DNA from: an uncultured Friedmanniella sp.
GTDB taxonomy: Bacteria; Actinomycetota; Actinomycetes; Propionibacteriales; Propionibacteriaceae
Direction of reading: 5' to 3'
Length of the DNA stretch: 64,000 nt
NCBI GenBank assembly: GCA_964251895.1
Contig: CAXULL010000005.1
Span: 5,746-69,745 of the forward strand
The translations under genes were made by a program, and so were the position numbers. A model generated the notes under the pieces. It was not told where the DNA came from, searched no databases, and worked only from the letters and a program-made list of their open reading frames with translations. Position 1 is the stretch's first letter, and the number at the start of each line of letters is the position of its first letter. Positions 1 through 10,149 of this stretch are shown one piece after another.

Positions 1-169
1 TCTTGCGGGACATGACGACCCAGAAGCCCAGGATGATGAGGGTCGAGAGCGCCGCCTGGAGCAGGTACTTGGTCAGCCACGCCTGACCGAAGAGGCCGGG
101 AAGGTCAAAGCTCTCGACCCCGGGTGGCTGATAGCCCTCCAGGGGAATCAGCGCGGCGAACCCGCTCAA
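1..169 (-). CDS. atpB: ATP synthase F0 subunit a, N-terminal fragment (gene continues past the left edge)
   Basis: The reverse strand from TTG at 169 reads LSGFAALIPLEGYQPPGVESFDLPGLFGQAWLTKYLLQAALSTLIILGFWVVMSRK, a hydrophobic subunit-a-like N-terminus. There is a TTGA overlap with the stop of the upstream AtpI-like ORF. The position fits the actinobacterial wecA-atpI-atpB order. It is too short for the ORF track. Confidence 0.5.
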   Translation of the reverse strand, partial: MSGFAALIPLEGYQPPGVESFDLPGLFGQAWLTKYLLQAALSTLIILGFWVVMSRK

Positions 170-432
170 CGTTCTCCCTCCGTCACCTTCGTGCTGGGCT
201 GCGGCTCCGAGGCCTGCAACCGCTTGATCGTCAGATAGATCCCGAGCCCTGCTCCGAGCACGATGCCGATCGGCAGCAGAAAGCTCGTCCGCAGGAAGTG
301 GTCGCCCACCCAGCCCAGGGCGCCGTAGAAGATCACGCCCGAGATCAGGTAGGAGAGCACACGCATGCCCTGGTCCATCGCCGTGCTGTCCGGCGCGGAC
401 CCGCTCTGGTCTGGCTGCACCCGCTGCGTCAT
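166..432 (-). CDS. small membrane protein, ATP synthase protein I (AtpI/AtpZ)-like
   Basis: This is the C-terminal 88 codons of track ORF 166..1092, starting at ATG 432: MTQRVQPD...LSYLISGVIFYGALGWVGDHFLRTSFLLPIGIVLGAGLGIYLTIKRL. It has two TM helices and lies directly upstream of atpB. Confidence 0.6.
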   Translation of the reverse strand: MTQRVQPDQSGSAPDSTAMDQGMRVLSYLISGVIFYGALGWVGDHFLRTSFLLPIGIVLGAGLGIYLTIKRLQASEPQPSTKVTEGER

Positions 433-485
433 GGAGCCCCTCACGCTAGCAGTCGCACCGGGGAGCCCCGCCTGCCGGGACGCTC

Positions 486-971
486 TCACGGGACGCTCTC
501 GTGCTCGGGCGCGGCGGCGTCCTCGGGCGTGTCGTAGACGTTGATCCGCAGCCGGGAGAAGACGATCACCTCGACGACGAGCCAGCCGACCACGACGGCG
601 ATCGTCGACAGGAACACCACCAGCGGGAGCACGGGGAAGCGGTTGGCGAACCGCGCGTAGAGCAGCAGCACGAGCCCGAGCACGACCACCCGGCCGGTGT
701 AGCTCGCCAGCGCCACGGACAGCAGCAGCCGGGCCCCCGCGTCGGCGAACCTGACCATGACGAGCTGCCCGACGCTGTAGAAGAAGAGAACCATCACCGA
801 GGCGAGGGCCGCGCTGGCGAGGCCGCGCAGGCCCATCCCGATGCCGAAGCCGATCATGGTCAGCACGGCCGCCGAGACCCCGCCGATCAGCCCGCCGACG
901 AGGAGCTTGCGCGCCCGCTCGACGTGCACGCTCGGGCGCGGACGGGGACGTCCGGCTCGATGGGTCGACAT
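486..971 (-). CDS. hypothetical integral membrane protein preceding the atp operon (Rv1303-like position)
   Basis: This is the last 161 codons of track ORF 486..2744, from ATG 971: MSTHRAGRPRPRPSVHVERARKLLVGGLIGGVSAAVLTMIGFG... It has about four hydrophobic helices. The rest of the long ORF is an out-of-frame artefact that overlaps wecA. Confidence 0.55.
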   Translation of the reverse strand: MSTHRAGRPRPRPSVHVERARKLLVGGLIGGVSAAVLTMIGFGIGMGLRGLASAALASVMVLFFYSVGQLVMVRFADAGARLLLSVALASYTGRVVVLGLVLLLYARFANRFPVLPLVVFLSTIAVVVGWLVVEVIVFSRLRINVYDTPEDAAAPEHESVP

Positions 972-1150
972 GGGGATCGGGCAGTCCTTGCTGGTCGGGG
1001 CGCCGTTGCGCGAGGAGCGAGAGGCGGTGAGGCCTGGGCTGCGAGGGCAGAAAGTTAGCACGATCTGGGCCCCGGCCCTGACCGCGACCCACGCGGCGGG
1101 CGCCCCCTGGAGCTCGGTCGGTGGCCCGGCGGGGGCGTGGTCGGAGGCGC

Positions 1151-2299
1151 TCAGTCGCGCAGCGCGACCCCGGCGGGGGCAGGTTCGGGCGACGCCTCGA
1201 CGGGACGCACCGGTCGGCGCCCCAGCGTGACCAGCAGCAGGACGAAGGCGAGGACCGCCACCACCGCGGCGACCGTCCACTGCCGGCCCCCGTGCACGAG
1301 ACCGAGCCCGATCACCCCGAACGACACGAGCGCGGACCAGACGTACATGAGCAGGACGGCCCGGCGCTGGCTGTGGCCCCGCTGCAGCAGGCGGTGGTGC
1401 AGGTGCTGCTTGTCGGGCAGGAACCACCACTTGCCGGCGTACGTGCGTCGGACGAAGGCCAGCACGAGGTCGAGGAACGGCAGGGCCAGGATCGCCAGCG
1501 GCAGCACGAGAGGCAGGATGGTCGGCACCAGGCCGCGGTCGGTGTCGAGCTGGGACGGGTCGATCTGGCCGGTCAGGCTGACCGTGCTCGTGGCGAGCAG
1601 CAGACCGAGCAGCATCGACCCGGAGTCGCCCATGAACATCCGGGCCGGGAAGAAGTTGTGCGGCAGGAAGCCGAGGCAGACCCCGACGATCACCACGCTG
1701 ATGAGGCTCGACGTCGTGGCCCGGGTGAGGCCCTGGCTGACCGTGTAGACGTACGCGTAGGTGAAGAACGCGAAGGCCCCGATCCCGACCACCCCCGTGG
1801 CCAGGCCGTCGAGGCCGTCCACGAAGTTCACCGCGTTGCAGCACACCAGGATGAAGAACGCGGTGATCGCGATCGAGGAGAACTGGTCCAGCGAGACCAC
1901 CCGCCCCGGCAGCGGGATCCACAGGACCTTGACCCCCAGCCCCACGGCCACGCCGGCGGCCAGCACCTGCCCGGCGAACTTCGCCAGGGCGGGCAGCTCG
2001 TACACGTCGTCGAGGACGCCGACCACGCCGATCACGGCCGCGGCGACCAGCACCGCCCGGGAGTCCTGCTGCACGGTCGCCTGGCTGCCGAGGAACGGCA
2101 GCTGCCACGACAGCAGCAGCGCCGCGGTGACGCCGCCCAGCATCGCGATGCCGCCGAAGTAGGGCATCTCGATCGTGTGCACGTCCCGGTCGCGGACCCG
2201 CGCGAGCGCCCCGACCCGGAAGGCGAGCCGCCGGCAGAACGCGCTGCCGAGATAGGTGACCGCCGCGGCGACCAGCAGGACGAGCAGGTACTCGCGCAC
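1151..2299 (-). CDS. wecA: UDP-GlcNAc:undecaprenyl-phosphate GlcNAc-1-phosphate transferase (MraY/WecA GT4 family)
   Basis: 382-aa polytopic protein (MREYLLVLLVAAAVTYLG..., DGLDGLA and MGDSGS motifs) with a GTG start. It occupies the conserved position between sua5 and the atp operon. Confidence 0.88.
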   Translation of the reverse strand: MREYLLVLLVAAAVTYLGSAFCRRLAFRVGALARVRDRDVHTIEMPYFGGIAMLGGVTAALLLSWQLPFLGSQATVQQDSRAVLVAAAVIGVVGVLDDVYELPALAKFAGQVLAAGVAVGLGVKVLWIPLPGRVVSLDQFSSIAITAFFILVCCNAVNFVDGLDGLATGVVGIGAFAFFTYAYVYTVSQGLTRATTSSLISVVIVGVCLGFLPHNFFPARMFMGDSGSMLLGLLLATSTVSLTGQIDPSQLDTDRGLVPTILPLVLPLAILALPFLDLVLAFVRRTYAGKWWFLPDKQHLHHRLLQRGHSQRRAVLLMYVWSALVSFGVIGLGLVHGGRQWTVAAVVAVLAFVLLLVTLGRRPVRPVEASPEPAPAGVALRD

Positions 2300-2308
2300 G
2301 CGGAGGCC

Positions 2309-3190
2309 TCAGCTCTCCGGCTCGGGCTCGATGCGCGGCTCGTCGGGCTGGGGCTCGGGCACCGCGGCGGGCTCGTCGAGGTCGCGCAGGCCGGGGACCA
2401 CCAGACGCAGGGTCTCCAGGTCGAGCGCTCCGCGACGCAGGATCTGGCCGTCGTCGTGGCGGGTGAAGTCGACGATCGTCGAGGGCAGCGCGTGCCGCGC
2501 CTCCGCGCCCTCCTGGGTGCCGAGCGGGCCGCCGTCCAGGTAGACCGCCACGCGGTCCCCCAGCTGCTCGACCGCCTCGTCGCAGGTCAGGGCGGCGGGC
2601 CGGCCCGAGAGGTTCGCGCTGCTGACCGCGAGCGGTCCGGTGCGCCGCAGGATCTCGCGCGCCAGCGCGTGGTCGGGGACGCGCAGGGCGATCGTGCCGT
2701 CGGTGTCCCCCAGGTCCATCCGCAGGCTCGGCTGGATGCGGCACACGATCGTGAGCGGACCGGGCCAGTGCACCTCGACGAGCTCGCGCGCCTGGTCGGG
2801 CACGTCGGAGGCCAGCGCCCGGACCAGGCTCGCGTCGCCGACCAGCACGGGCGGGGGCATGTCGCGGCCCCGGTCCTTCGCGTCCAGCAGGCCCTGCACG
2901 GCGTCGGCGCTGAAGGCGTCCGCGCCGATGCCGTAGACGGTGTCGGTCGGCAGCACGATGCAGTCGCCCGCCTCGACGGCGCGCCGGGCGGCGTCCACCG
3001 CGGCCGCCGTGTCGGCAGGGTCCGTGGAGGTGCAGTCGAAGCGCAGGTAGGTGTCGTCCTCGATGTCGCGGTCCTCGAGCTCGACGCTCTCGCCCTCGTC
3101 GTCCGCGTCGCTCTCCCGCTCGTCGCTCTCCCGCTGGACGTTCCGGGGGTCGTCGCTGACGTCGGGTTCGTCGGGTGCGGGCACGCTCAC
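2309..3190 (-). CDS. tsaC: L-threonylcarbamoyladenylate synthase (Sua5/YwlC/TsaC family)
   Basis: YrdC-domain motifs are present: LPTDTVYGIGADAF, HWPGPLTIV, AVSSANLSGRP. GTG at 3190 overlaps the prmC stop (GTGA). It has an acidic N-terminal extension and a P/E-rich C-terminal extension. Confidence 0.82.
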   Translation of the reverse strand: MSVPAPDEPDVSDDPRNVQRESDERESDADDEGESVELEDRDIEDDTYLRFDCTSTDPADTAAAVDAARRAVEAGDCIVLPTDTVYGIGADAFSADAVQGLLDAKDRGRDMPPPVLVGDASLVRALASDVPDQARELVEVHWPGPLTIVCRIQPSLRMDLGDTDGTIALRVPDHALAREILRRTGPLAVSSANLSGRPAALTCDEAVEQLGDRVAVYLDGGPLGTQEGAEARHALPSTIVDFTRHDDGQILRRGALDLETLRLVVPGLRDLDEPAAVPEPQPDEPRIEPEPES

Positions 3191-4071
3191 CCGCCCATCC
3201 TGCCAGCGGTCCGTCGCACCGCCGTGACGAAGCGCGGCCGACCCGTCAGGTCGACCTGGTCGCGGATGCCGGTGAACGCCCGGCTCGCGGTCACGACGGC
3301 GGGGGCGGACTCCCCCTGGACGTCGGCGTGCTCGAAGCACAGCAGCCCGCCGGGCCGGAGCAGCCGCGTCGCCACCGCGGTGACGACCCGGATGGCGTCG
3401 AGGCCGTCGTCGCCGGAGAAGAGGGCGGCCAGCGGGTCGTGGTCGCGCACCTCCGGGGCGACGGAGGCGTACGCGTCGAGGGGGATGTACGGCGGGTTGG
3501 CGATGACGAGGTCGACCTGCCCGTCGAGCACGTGCAGCGCGTCGGCCATGTCGCCCACGTAGAGCTCGACGAGGGTGTCGGCGAGGTTCCGACGGGCGTA
3601 CGCCGCCGCGTCGGGCGAGACCTCCACCGCGTACACGTCGAGGTAGGTCAGCTCCGTGACGAGCGCCTTGGCGATCGCCCCGGACCCGCTGCAGAGCTCC
3701 ACGACCCGTGGCCGGCCGCCGACGGCGATCGCCGGGCGCAGCGCGTCGACCGCCCACCCGGTCATGACCTCCGTCTCGGGCCGGGGCACGAAGACGCCGG
3801 GGCCGACCTCGAGCTCGACGTGGCGGAAGTAGGCCCGCCCGGTCAGGTGCTGGAGCGGCACGCGGGCCGCACGGCTGGTGACGAGGGTCTGGAACGCCTC
3901 GGCGGCGCGGTCGTCCACCCCGTCGAGCAGCGGGATGCGGGCCGGCTCGATGCCGCAGGCGAACGCGAGCAGCGTCCTCGCGTCGGCCTCGGGAGAGCCG
4001 ACCCCGGCCGTCCGCAGGCGAGCCGCGGCGTCGCTGAGCAGCGCACGGACCGGGTGCCCCGCGCCGGTCAT
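3187..4071 (-). CDS. prmC: peptide chain release factor N5-glutamine methyltransferase
   Basis: 294 aa with the NPPY motif (IANPPYIP) and a SAM-binding motif (VVELCSGSGAI). It lies directly downstream of prfA. Confidence 0.9.
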   Translation of the reverse strand: MTGAGHPVRALLSDAAARLRTAGVGSPEADARTLLAFACGIEPARIPLLDGVDDRAAEAFQTLVTSRAARVPLQHLTGRAYFRHVELEVGPGVFVPRPETEVMTGWAVDALRPAIAVGGRPRVVELCSGSGAIAKALVTELTYLDVYAVEVSPDAAAYARRNLADTLVELYVGDMADALHVLDGQVDLVIANPPYIPLDAYASVAPEVRDHDPLAALFSGDDGLDAIRVVTAVATRLLRPGGLLCFEHADVQGESAPAVVTASRAFTGIRDQVDLTGRPRFVTAVRRTAGRMGG

Positions 4072-4087
4072 CGGGACCGACCCACGA

Positions 4088-5167
4088 TCAGGCCGTCTCG
4101 CCGACCGCGGCGAGCCGCGCGGCGGTGTCGGCCTCCTGCAGCGCCGTGACGACGGGCTGGAGCTCGCCGTTCAGCACCTGGTCCAGGTTGTAGGCCTTGA
4201 AGCCGATCCGGTGGTCGGAGATCCGGTTCTCCGGGTAGTTGTAGGTGCGGATCCGCTCGGACCGGTCGACCGTCCGCACCTGGCTGCGCCGCGCCGCGGA
4301 GGCCGAGCTCGCGGCCTCCTCCTCGGCGGCGGCGATGAGCCGGGCCCGGAGCATGCGCATGGCCTGCTCCCGGTTCTGCAGCTGGGAGCGTTCGTTCTGC
4401 ATGGAGACGACGATGCCGGTCGGCAGGTGCGTGATGCGGACGGCGGAGTCGGTCGTGTTGACGCCCTGGCCGCCGGGGCCCGAGCTGCGGTAGACGTCGA
4501 TCCGCAGGTCGTCGGGGTTGATCTCGACCTCGGTCTCCTCGACCTCGGGCATGACGAGGACGCCGGCCGCGGAGGTGTGCACGCGGCCCTGGGACTCGGT
4601 CACCGGCACACGCTGCACGCGGTGCACCCCGCCCTCGAACTTGAGCACCCCGTACGGCATCTGGTCGGGTTCGCCGAGGCTGGGCGCCTTGATGGCGGCG
4701 GTGACGGTCCGGTAGCCACCCAGGTCGGTCTCCTGGGCGTCGAGGACCTCGACCTTCCAGCCGCGCAGCTCGGCGTAGCGGGAGTACATCTTGAGCAGGT
4801 CGCCGGCGAAGAGCGCCGACTCCTCGCCCCCCTCGCCGGACTTGATCTCGATGAGGGCGTCGGCGGAGTCGTTCGGGTCGCGCGGGGCGAGCAGCCGGGT
4901 GAGCCGGTCCACGACCGGCGGGATCTGAGCCTCGAGCTCGTCGGCCTCGACGGCGAAGGTGGGGTCGTCGGGCGCGAGCTCCCGCGCCGCGGCCAGGTCC
5001 TCGGTGAGGCGGTCGTACTCGTCGAGCCCGCGCACGATCGGCGTCAGCTCGGCGTAGCGCCGCCCCACCCGGCGGGCCTTGGCCAGGTCGGTGTGCGTGG
5101 CGGCGTCGGAGAGCTGCGCCTCGAGCTGGGCGAACTCCTCGCGCAGCGGCTGCGCCGATTCGAACAC
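4088..5167 (-). CDS. prfA: peptide chain release factor 1
   Basis: 359 aa with GGQ motif context ([24 protein letters not shown]). Conserved rpmE-prfA-prmC order. Confidence 0.96.
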   Translation of the reverse strand: MFESAQPLREEFAQLEAQLSDAATHTDLAKARRVGRRYAELTPIVRGLDEYDRLTEDLAAARELAPDDPTFAVEADELEAQIPPVVDRLTRLLAPRDPNDSADALIEIKSGEGGEESALFAGDLLKMYSRYAELRGWKVEVLDAQETDLGGYRTVTAAIKAPSLGEPDQMPYGVLKFEGGVHRVQRVPVTESQGRVHTSAAGVLVMPEVEETEVEINPDDLRIDVYRSSGPGGQGVNTTDSAVRITHLPTGIVVSMQNERSQLQNREQAMRMLRARLIAAAEEEAASSASAARRSQVRTVDRSERIRTYNYPENRISDHRIGFKAYNLDQVLNGELQPVVTALQEADTAARLAAVGETA

Positions 5168-5257
5168 TGGGTCCCTCCCCCTCGCACCGGTTCCGTTCCT
5201 GGACGTGCGAAGCGCCGGGAGCGGGGACGTGGTCCCCGTTCCCGGCGCTCGGTGGTG

Positions 5258-5479
5258 CTAGGCCTTCTTGGCAGCCTCGGAAGCGGCGTAGCGCTTCTGG
5301 AACCGGGCGACGCGGCCGCCGGTGTCGAGGATCTTCTGCTTGCCCGTGTAGAACGGGTGGCACGCGGAGCAGACGTCGACGCGCATGCTCTCGCCGCCGG
5401 TGCTCTTGGTCGTGAACGAGTTGCCGCAGGTGCAGGTGACCTGGGTGTCCGCGTACGCGGGGTGGATGTTGGCCTTCAT
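5258..5479 (-). CDS. rpmE: 50S ribosomal protein L31 (Zn-ribbon type)
   Basis: [22 protein letters not shown]...[14 protein letters not shown], with internal ATG at 5479 of track ORF 5258..5530. Confidence 0.94.
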   Translation of the reverse strand: MKANIHPAYADTQVTCTCGNSFTTKSTGGESMRVDVCSACHPFYTGKQKILDTGGRVARFQKRYAASEAAKKA

Positions 5480-5612
5480 GTGGGTCTCCTTGTGTTTGGG
5501 CCGGGTCGCCAGACGGGCGTGAACCGGCACCGAGGATCAATCTTGCCGTACAGGCTCTACAACGCCAAAGAGCGGGATTTAGTCCCGCTCTCCGGCGTCG
5601 TACCAGCGTGGA

Positions 5613-7817
5613 TCAGGCGGGCATGCTCTTGGTGATCGCCACCATGAAGTCGCGGTTGCTCTCGGTCTTCTTGAGCCGGTCGAGCAGCGTCTCGAGGCCC
5701 TGCAGGCTGTCGAGGCCGCCGATGACGCGACGCAGCTTCCACACGATGTTGAGCTCCTCGCGCGACATGAGCAGCTCCTCGCGGCGGGTGCTGGACGCGT
5801 CGACGTCGATGGCGGGGAAGATCCGCTTCTCGGCGAAGTCGCGGCGCAGCCGGATCTCGGAGTTGCCGGTGCCCTTGAACTCCTCGAAGATCACCTCGTC
5901 CATCTTGGAACCGGTCTCGACCAGCGCCGTCGCGAGGATGGTCAGCGAGCCGCCGCCCTCGATGTTGCGGGCCGCACCGAGGAACCGCTTCGGCGGGTAG
6001 AGCGCCGCCGAGTCCACACCACCGGAGAGGATGCGGCCGGACGCCGGGGCCGCGAGGTTGTACGCGCGGCTCAGGCGGGTGATGCCGTCGAGCAGGACCA
6101 CCACGTCGCGGCCCGCCTCGACCAGGCGCTTGGCCCGCTCGATCGCGAGCTCGGCCACGGTGGTGTGGTCGCCGGCCGGCCGGTCGAAGGTCGACGCGAT
6201 GACCTCGCCCTTGACGGTGCGCTGGAAGTCGGTGACCTCCTCGGGACGCTCGTCGACGAGCACGACCATGAGGTGGACCTCGGGGTTGTTCTCGGCGATC
6301 GCGTTGGCGATGGCCTGCATCATCATCGTCTTGCCGGCCTTGGGCGGGCTGACGATGAGCGCGCGCTGGCCCTTGCCGATCGGCGCCATCAGGTCGACGA
6401 TGCGCGTGGCGAGCTGGCCGGACGTGGTCTCCAGCTTGAGCCGCTCCTGCGGGTAGAGCGGGGTCAGCTTGGCGAAGTCGGGCCGGTTGCGGGCCGCCTC
6501 CGGGTCGCCGCCGTTGACGGTCTCCAGCTTGACCAGCGGGTTGAACTTGGCCTTGCTGTCGCCCTCCTTGGACTGACGCAGCTGACCGGTGACGACGTCG
6601 CCCTTGCGCAGGCCGAACTTCTTGACCATCGCGAGCGAGACGTACGCGTCCTCGGGGCTGGGCAGGTAGCCGCTGGTCCGGACGAACGCGTAGCTGTCCA
6701 TCACGTCGAGGATCCCGCGCGCCGGGACGAGGACGTCGTCCTCACCCACGGTGGGCTCGTTCTCGTAGCGGTCCATCCGGGCGTTGCCGCCGCGCTCCGT
6801 GGTGCCCGGGCGACGGTTCTGCCGGTCCCGGCTGCGCCGGCGCCGACCGCGACGACCGCCGGCCTCGTCGTCGTCGTACGAACCGGCGTTGCTCTGGCCG
6901 TTGTCGCGCGGCTGCTGCCGGTCGCGCTGCTGGCCGCCGTTGTCGCGCTGGCCACCGTTGTCACGCTGCCCGTTGCCGGACCCGTTGCTGGACCCGTTGT
7001 CGCGCTGCTGGCCGCCGTTGTCGCGCTGGCCGTTGCCGGAGCCGTTGCTGGAGCCGTTGCTGGAGCCGTTGTCGCGCTGCTGGCCGCCGTTGTCGCCGGA
7101 GTCGCGCTGCTGGCGCGAGTCGCCGTTCTGCTGACGCGAGTCGCCGTTGCGCTGGTCGCGCTGCTCGCGGTTGCGCTGGCGGCGCTCGCCCCGGTCGTTG
7201 CCGTCGCGCTCGTTGCCGTCGCGGTCGTTGCCGTCCCGACCGTTGTCGCCGGAGTCGCGCTCGGAGCGGTCCTGCCCGCTGTCCTGGCGAGCGGTCTCCT
7301 GGGCGGAGCCGCTCCCTTCGACCTGGGCGGGGCGCTCGGCCTGGGCGGGGCGCTCGGAGGGGGTCTCACGGGCGGTCTGCGGAGCGTTCTCACGCAGCTC
7401 GTGGAGCGCGTTGGCGATGTCGTCGCCGCGGCTCGGTGCCGCCGCGCGGGACTCGCCGCCGTTCGACGGGGCCGCCTCGCCCGCGTCCTGCTTCGCGGCG
7501 TCGCCGCGGGTGCGGCGTCGGGCGCCGGAGGTGTCACCGTTCGAGGAGCCCCCGTCGGAGGACCCGCCGTTGGCAGACCCACCGTTGGCAGACCCACCGT
7601 TCGAGGACCCGCCCGTCTGGGCGGTCTGGATGGCGGCGATCAGCTGGCCCTTGCGCATGGCGCCGGTGCCCTTGAGGCCCAGCGAGCTCGCCATCTGCTT
7701 GAGCTCGGGCAGGACCATCGAGTCCAGCCCGCTGCCGCGGCGCTTGCGGGCGCCACCCTCGGCGGGGGCGTCGGCGCCGGCCTGCGACGAGGCGTCGCTG
7801 GTCAGGATGTCGGTCAA
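5613..7817 (-). CDS. rho: transcription termination factor Rho with a long N/Q/G/D/R-rich insertion
   Basis: The C-terminal two thirds form the canonical Rho RNA-binding and ATPase core ([29 protein letters not shown]). The Rho N-terminal motif is [20 protein letters not shown] at 7817 follows AAGGAC. About 280 residues are low complexity. Confidence 0.94.
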   Translation of the reverse strand: MTDILTSDASSQAGADAPAEGGARKRRGSGLDSMVLPELKQMASSLGLKGTGAMRKGQLIAAIQTAQTGGSSNGGSANGGSANGGSSDGGSSNGDTSGARRRTRGDAAKQDAGEAAPSNGGESRAAAPSRGDDIANALHELRENAPQTARETPSERPAQAERPAQVEGSGSAQETARQDSGQDRSERDSGDNGRDGNDRDGNERDGNDRGERRQRNREQRDQRNGDSRQQNGDSRQQRDSGDNGGQQRDNGSSNGSSNGSGNGQRDNGGQQRDNGSSNGSGNGQRDNGGQRDNGGQQRDRQQPRDNGQSNAGSYDDDEAGGRRGRRRRSRDRQNRRPGTTERGGNARMDRYENEPTVGEDDVLVPARGILDVMDSYAFVRTSGYLPSPEDAYVSLAMVKKFGLRKGDVVTGQLRQSKEGDSKAKFNPLVKLETVNGGDPEAARNRPDFAKLTPLYPQERLKLETTSGQLATRIVDLMAPIGKGQRALIVSPPKAGKTMMMQAIANAIAENNPEVHLMVVLVDERPEEVTDFQRTVKGEVIASTFDRPAGDHTTVAELAIERAKRLVEAGRDVVVLLDGITRLSRAYNLAAPASGRILSGGVDSAALYPPKRFLGAARNIEGGGSLTILATALVETGSKMDEVIFEEFKGTGNSEIRLRRDFAEKRIFPAIDVDASSTRREELLMSREELNIVWKLRRVIGGLDSLQGLETLLDRLKKTESNRDFMVAITKSMPA

Positions 7818-8108
7818 AGTTGTGTCCTTTCGGAGCAGGGTCACGCTTGGTGTCCCAGTCCAGAGCCGGGCGGAAGACCGCGGCTGGTGGTGTGTGAGGC
7901 CCTCCCGCAACCTGCGGCCCGCGAGGGCGCATGGGGGCTGCGAGAAGTGACGCAGTGCTTGACACGGTGTGTGGCGTCGCGCCAGTCGGAGAGGCGCTGC
8001 ACGACCAGATCGTCGGGCGTCCTGGATCCAGCGGAGGCTGGACCGGAGGAGCACCGGCTGTATCGAGCGAGATCAGGCTAGCACTGTCTCAGCCATCGGC
8101 GTCGGCAG

Positions 8109-8996
8109 TCACAACGCGTGTGCGGGTCCGCCGATTCCCAGACGTCGGAAACGGGTCCCCGGCTCGGCCGCCTCCAGCCCCGCCAGCTCGGTCTCGGTGC
8201 CCAGGACCACGACCGACGGGCCGGCCCCGCTGATCGCCGCGGCGAACCCGGCTCCACGCAGCCGGACCATGAGCGCGTACGCGTCCGGCATGGCGGGCTC
8301 GCGGTAGCGCTGGTGGAGCCAGTCCTGCGTGCCCGCGTGCAGCAGGTGCGGCTCGGCGGCGACGGCGTGGACCAGCAGCGCCGCACGGCCCGCGTCCGCG
8401 GCCGCGTCGGCGTGCGGCACGACCGGGGGCAGCAGGCGCCGCGCCGCGCGGGTCTCCACCGGGACGGTCCCGATGACGACGGCCGCGCGCAGGTCGGGGT
8501 GCACCCGACCCTGGACGACGGCGACGTGCTCGCCGTGCCCGTACGCCATCACGAAACCCCCGTGCACGGCGGCCGCGACGTTGTCGGGGTGGCCCTCGAT
8601 CCGGGTCGCGTGCCGCAGCACCCAGGCGCGGTCCGGCTCCAGGCCGGCCAGCGCCCGAGCGGCGACGAGGCCGGCGACGATGGCGGCCGACGACGACCCC
8701 AGCCCCCGGCCGTGCGGGATGGTGTTGTGGGCCCGCAGGGTCAGCCCGGGCGCGAGCACGCCCAGGTCGTCCAGCCCCTCGGTCACGCAGCGCACGACCA
8801 GGTGGGTCTCGTCACGGGGCAGGACGTCGCTGCCCTCGCCCGTGACGTGCACGGAGACGCCGGACCCGGTGACCTCGAACTCGAGGCTCTCGCGCCAGTC
8901 CAGCGCCAGCCCGAAGCAGTCGAAGCCCGGCCCGAGGTTGGCGCTCGTCGCCGGCGCCTCGACGACGACCCGGGTGCCCGCGGCCAGCGCTCTCAT
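8109..8996 (-). CDS. thrB: homoserine kinase
   Basis: 295 aa with the GHMP kinase motif (PATSANLGPGFDCFGLAL, GLGSSSAA). hom-thrC-thrB order. Confidence 0.93.
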   Translation of the reverse strand: MRALAAGTRVVVEAPATSANLGPGFDCFGLALDWRESLEFEVTGSGVSVHVTGEGSDVLPRDETHLVVRCVTEGLDDLGVLAPGLTLRAHNTIPHGRGLGSSSAAIVAGLVAARALAGLEPDRAWVLRHATRIEGHPDNVAAAVHGGFVMAYGHGEHVAVVQGRVHPDLRAAVVIGTVPVETRAARRLLPPVVPHADAAADAGRAALLVHAVAAEPHLLHAGTQDWLHQRYREPAMPDAYALMVRLRGAGFAAAISGAGPSVVVLGTETELAGLEAAEPGTRFRRLGIGGPAHAL

Positions 8997-9018
8997 CTCG
9001 CGCCTCGTGCGAGCCGGC

Positions 9019-10149
9019 TCACCCGAGGAGCCCGCACACCCTGGCCACGGCCGTCAGGTCCGGCGCGACGACCTCGGCCCGGACGGGACCGCGACCGGCG
9101 AGCGCGGTGTCGATGTCCTTGAGGCCGTGCCCGGTGACCGTGACGCTGATCTGCAGCCCCGGCTCCAGCTCCCCCGTGCGCCGCTTCTTCAGCAGCCCGG
9201 CGACCCCGGCCGCCGACGCGGGCTCGACGAAGATCCCCTCGCGCGCGGCGAGGAAGGACTGGGCGGAGAGGATCTCCTCGTCGGTGACCATGTCGATCAG
9301 ACCGCCCGACTCGTCGCGGGCCCGGACGGCCTGCTCGGCCGACGCGGGGTTGCCGATCCGGATCGCCGTCGCGACGGTCTCCGGGTCGAGCACCGGGTGC
9401 CCGAGCACCAGCGGCGCCGCTCCGGCGGCCTGGAAGCCCCACATCCGCGGGGTGCGGGACGCGATCCCGGCGGCGAGGTACTGGGTGTAGCCGCGCCAGT
9501 AGGCGGTGATGTTGCCGGCGTTGCCGACGGGCAGCACGTGCAGGTCGGGCGCGTCGCCGAGCACGTCGACGATCTCGAACGCGGCGGTCTTCTGACCCTC
9601 GATGCGGATCGGGTTGACCGAGTTGACCAGCGCGACCGGGTAGTCGTGGGAGAGCTTGCGGGCCAGCTCGAGGCAGTCGTCGAAGTTGCCGTCGACCTGC
9701 ACGACACGGGCCCCGTGCACGATCGCCTGCGCGAGCTTGCCGGTCGCGATGCGTCCCGCCGGCAGCAGGACGATGGTCTCCAGACCCGCCTTGGACGCGT
9801 ACGCCGACGCCGACGCCGACGTGTTGCCGGTCGAGGCGCACACGACCGCTTTGGCGCCGGTGCCCGCCGCGGCCGACACGGCCAGCGTCATGCCGCGGTC
9901 CTTGAACGACCCCGTCGGGTTGGCGCCCTCGACCTTGACCCAGGTCTCGCAGCCGAGCTCGTCGGACAGCCGTTCGGCCAGGACGAGCGGCGTGCTGCCC
10001 TCCCCCAGCGTGATCACCGGGTCGGTGTCGGCCAGCGGCAGCCACTCGCGGTAGCGCGAGATCACACCCGCGGTGGCGCGCAGCGCGAGCGAGCCGCGCC
10101 CCGGACCTGCGGTCTCGTCGGCTCTGACGTCGGCCACGGTGTCGCTCAT
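9019..10149 (-). CDS. thrC: threonine synthase
   Basis: This is the C-terminal 376 codons of track ORF 9019..13392, starting MSDTVADV... It carries the PLP-lysine motif [10 protein letters not shown]. Its ATG overlaps the hom stop (ATGA). Confidence 0.94.
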   Translation of the reverse strand: MSDTVADVRADETAGPGRGSLALRATAGVISRYREWLPLADTDPVITLGEGSTPLVLAERLSDELGCETWVKVEGANPTGSFKDRGMTLAVSAAAGTGAKAVVCASTGNTSASASAYASKAGLETIVLLPAGRIATGKLAQAIVHGARVVQVDGNFDDCLELARKLSHDYPVALVNSVNPIRIEGQKTAAFEIVDVLGDAPDLHVLPVGNAGNITAYWRGYTQYLAAGIASRTPRMWGFQAAGAAPLVLGHPVLDPETVATAIRIGNPASAEQAVRARDESGGLIDMVTDEEILSAQSFLAAREGIFVEPASAAGVAGLLKKRRTGELEPGLQISVTVTGHGLKDIDTALAGRGPVRAEVVAPDLTAVARVCGLLG

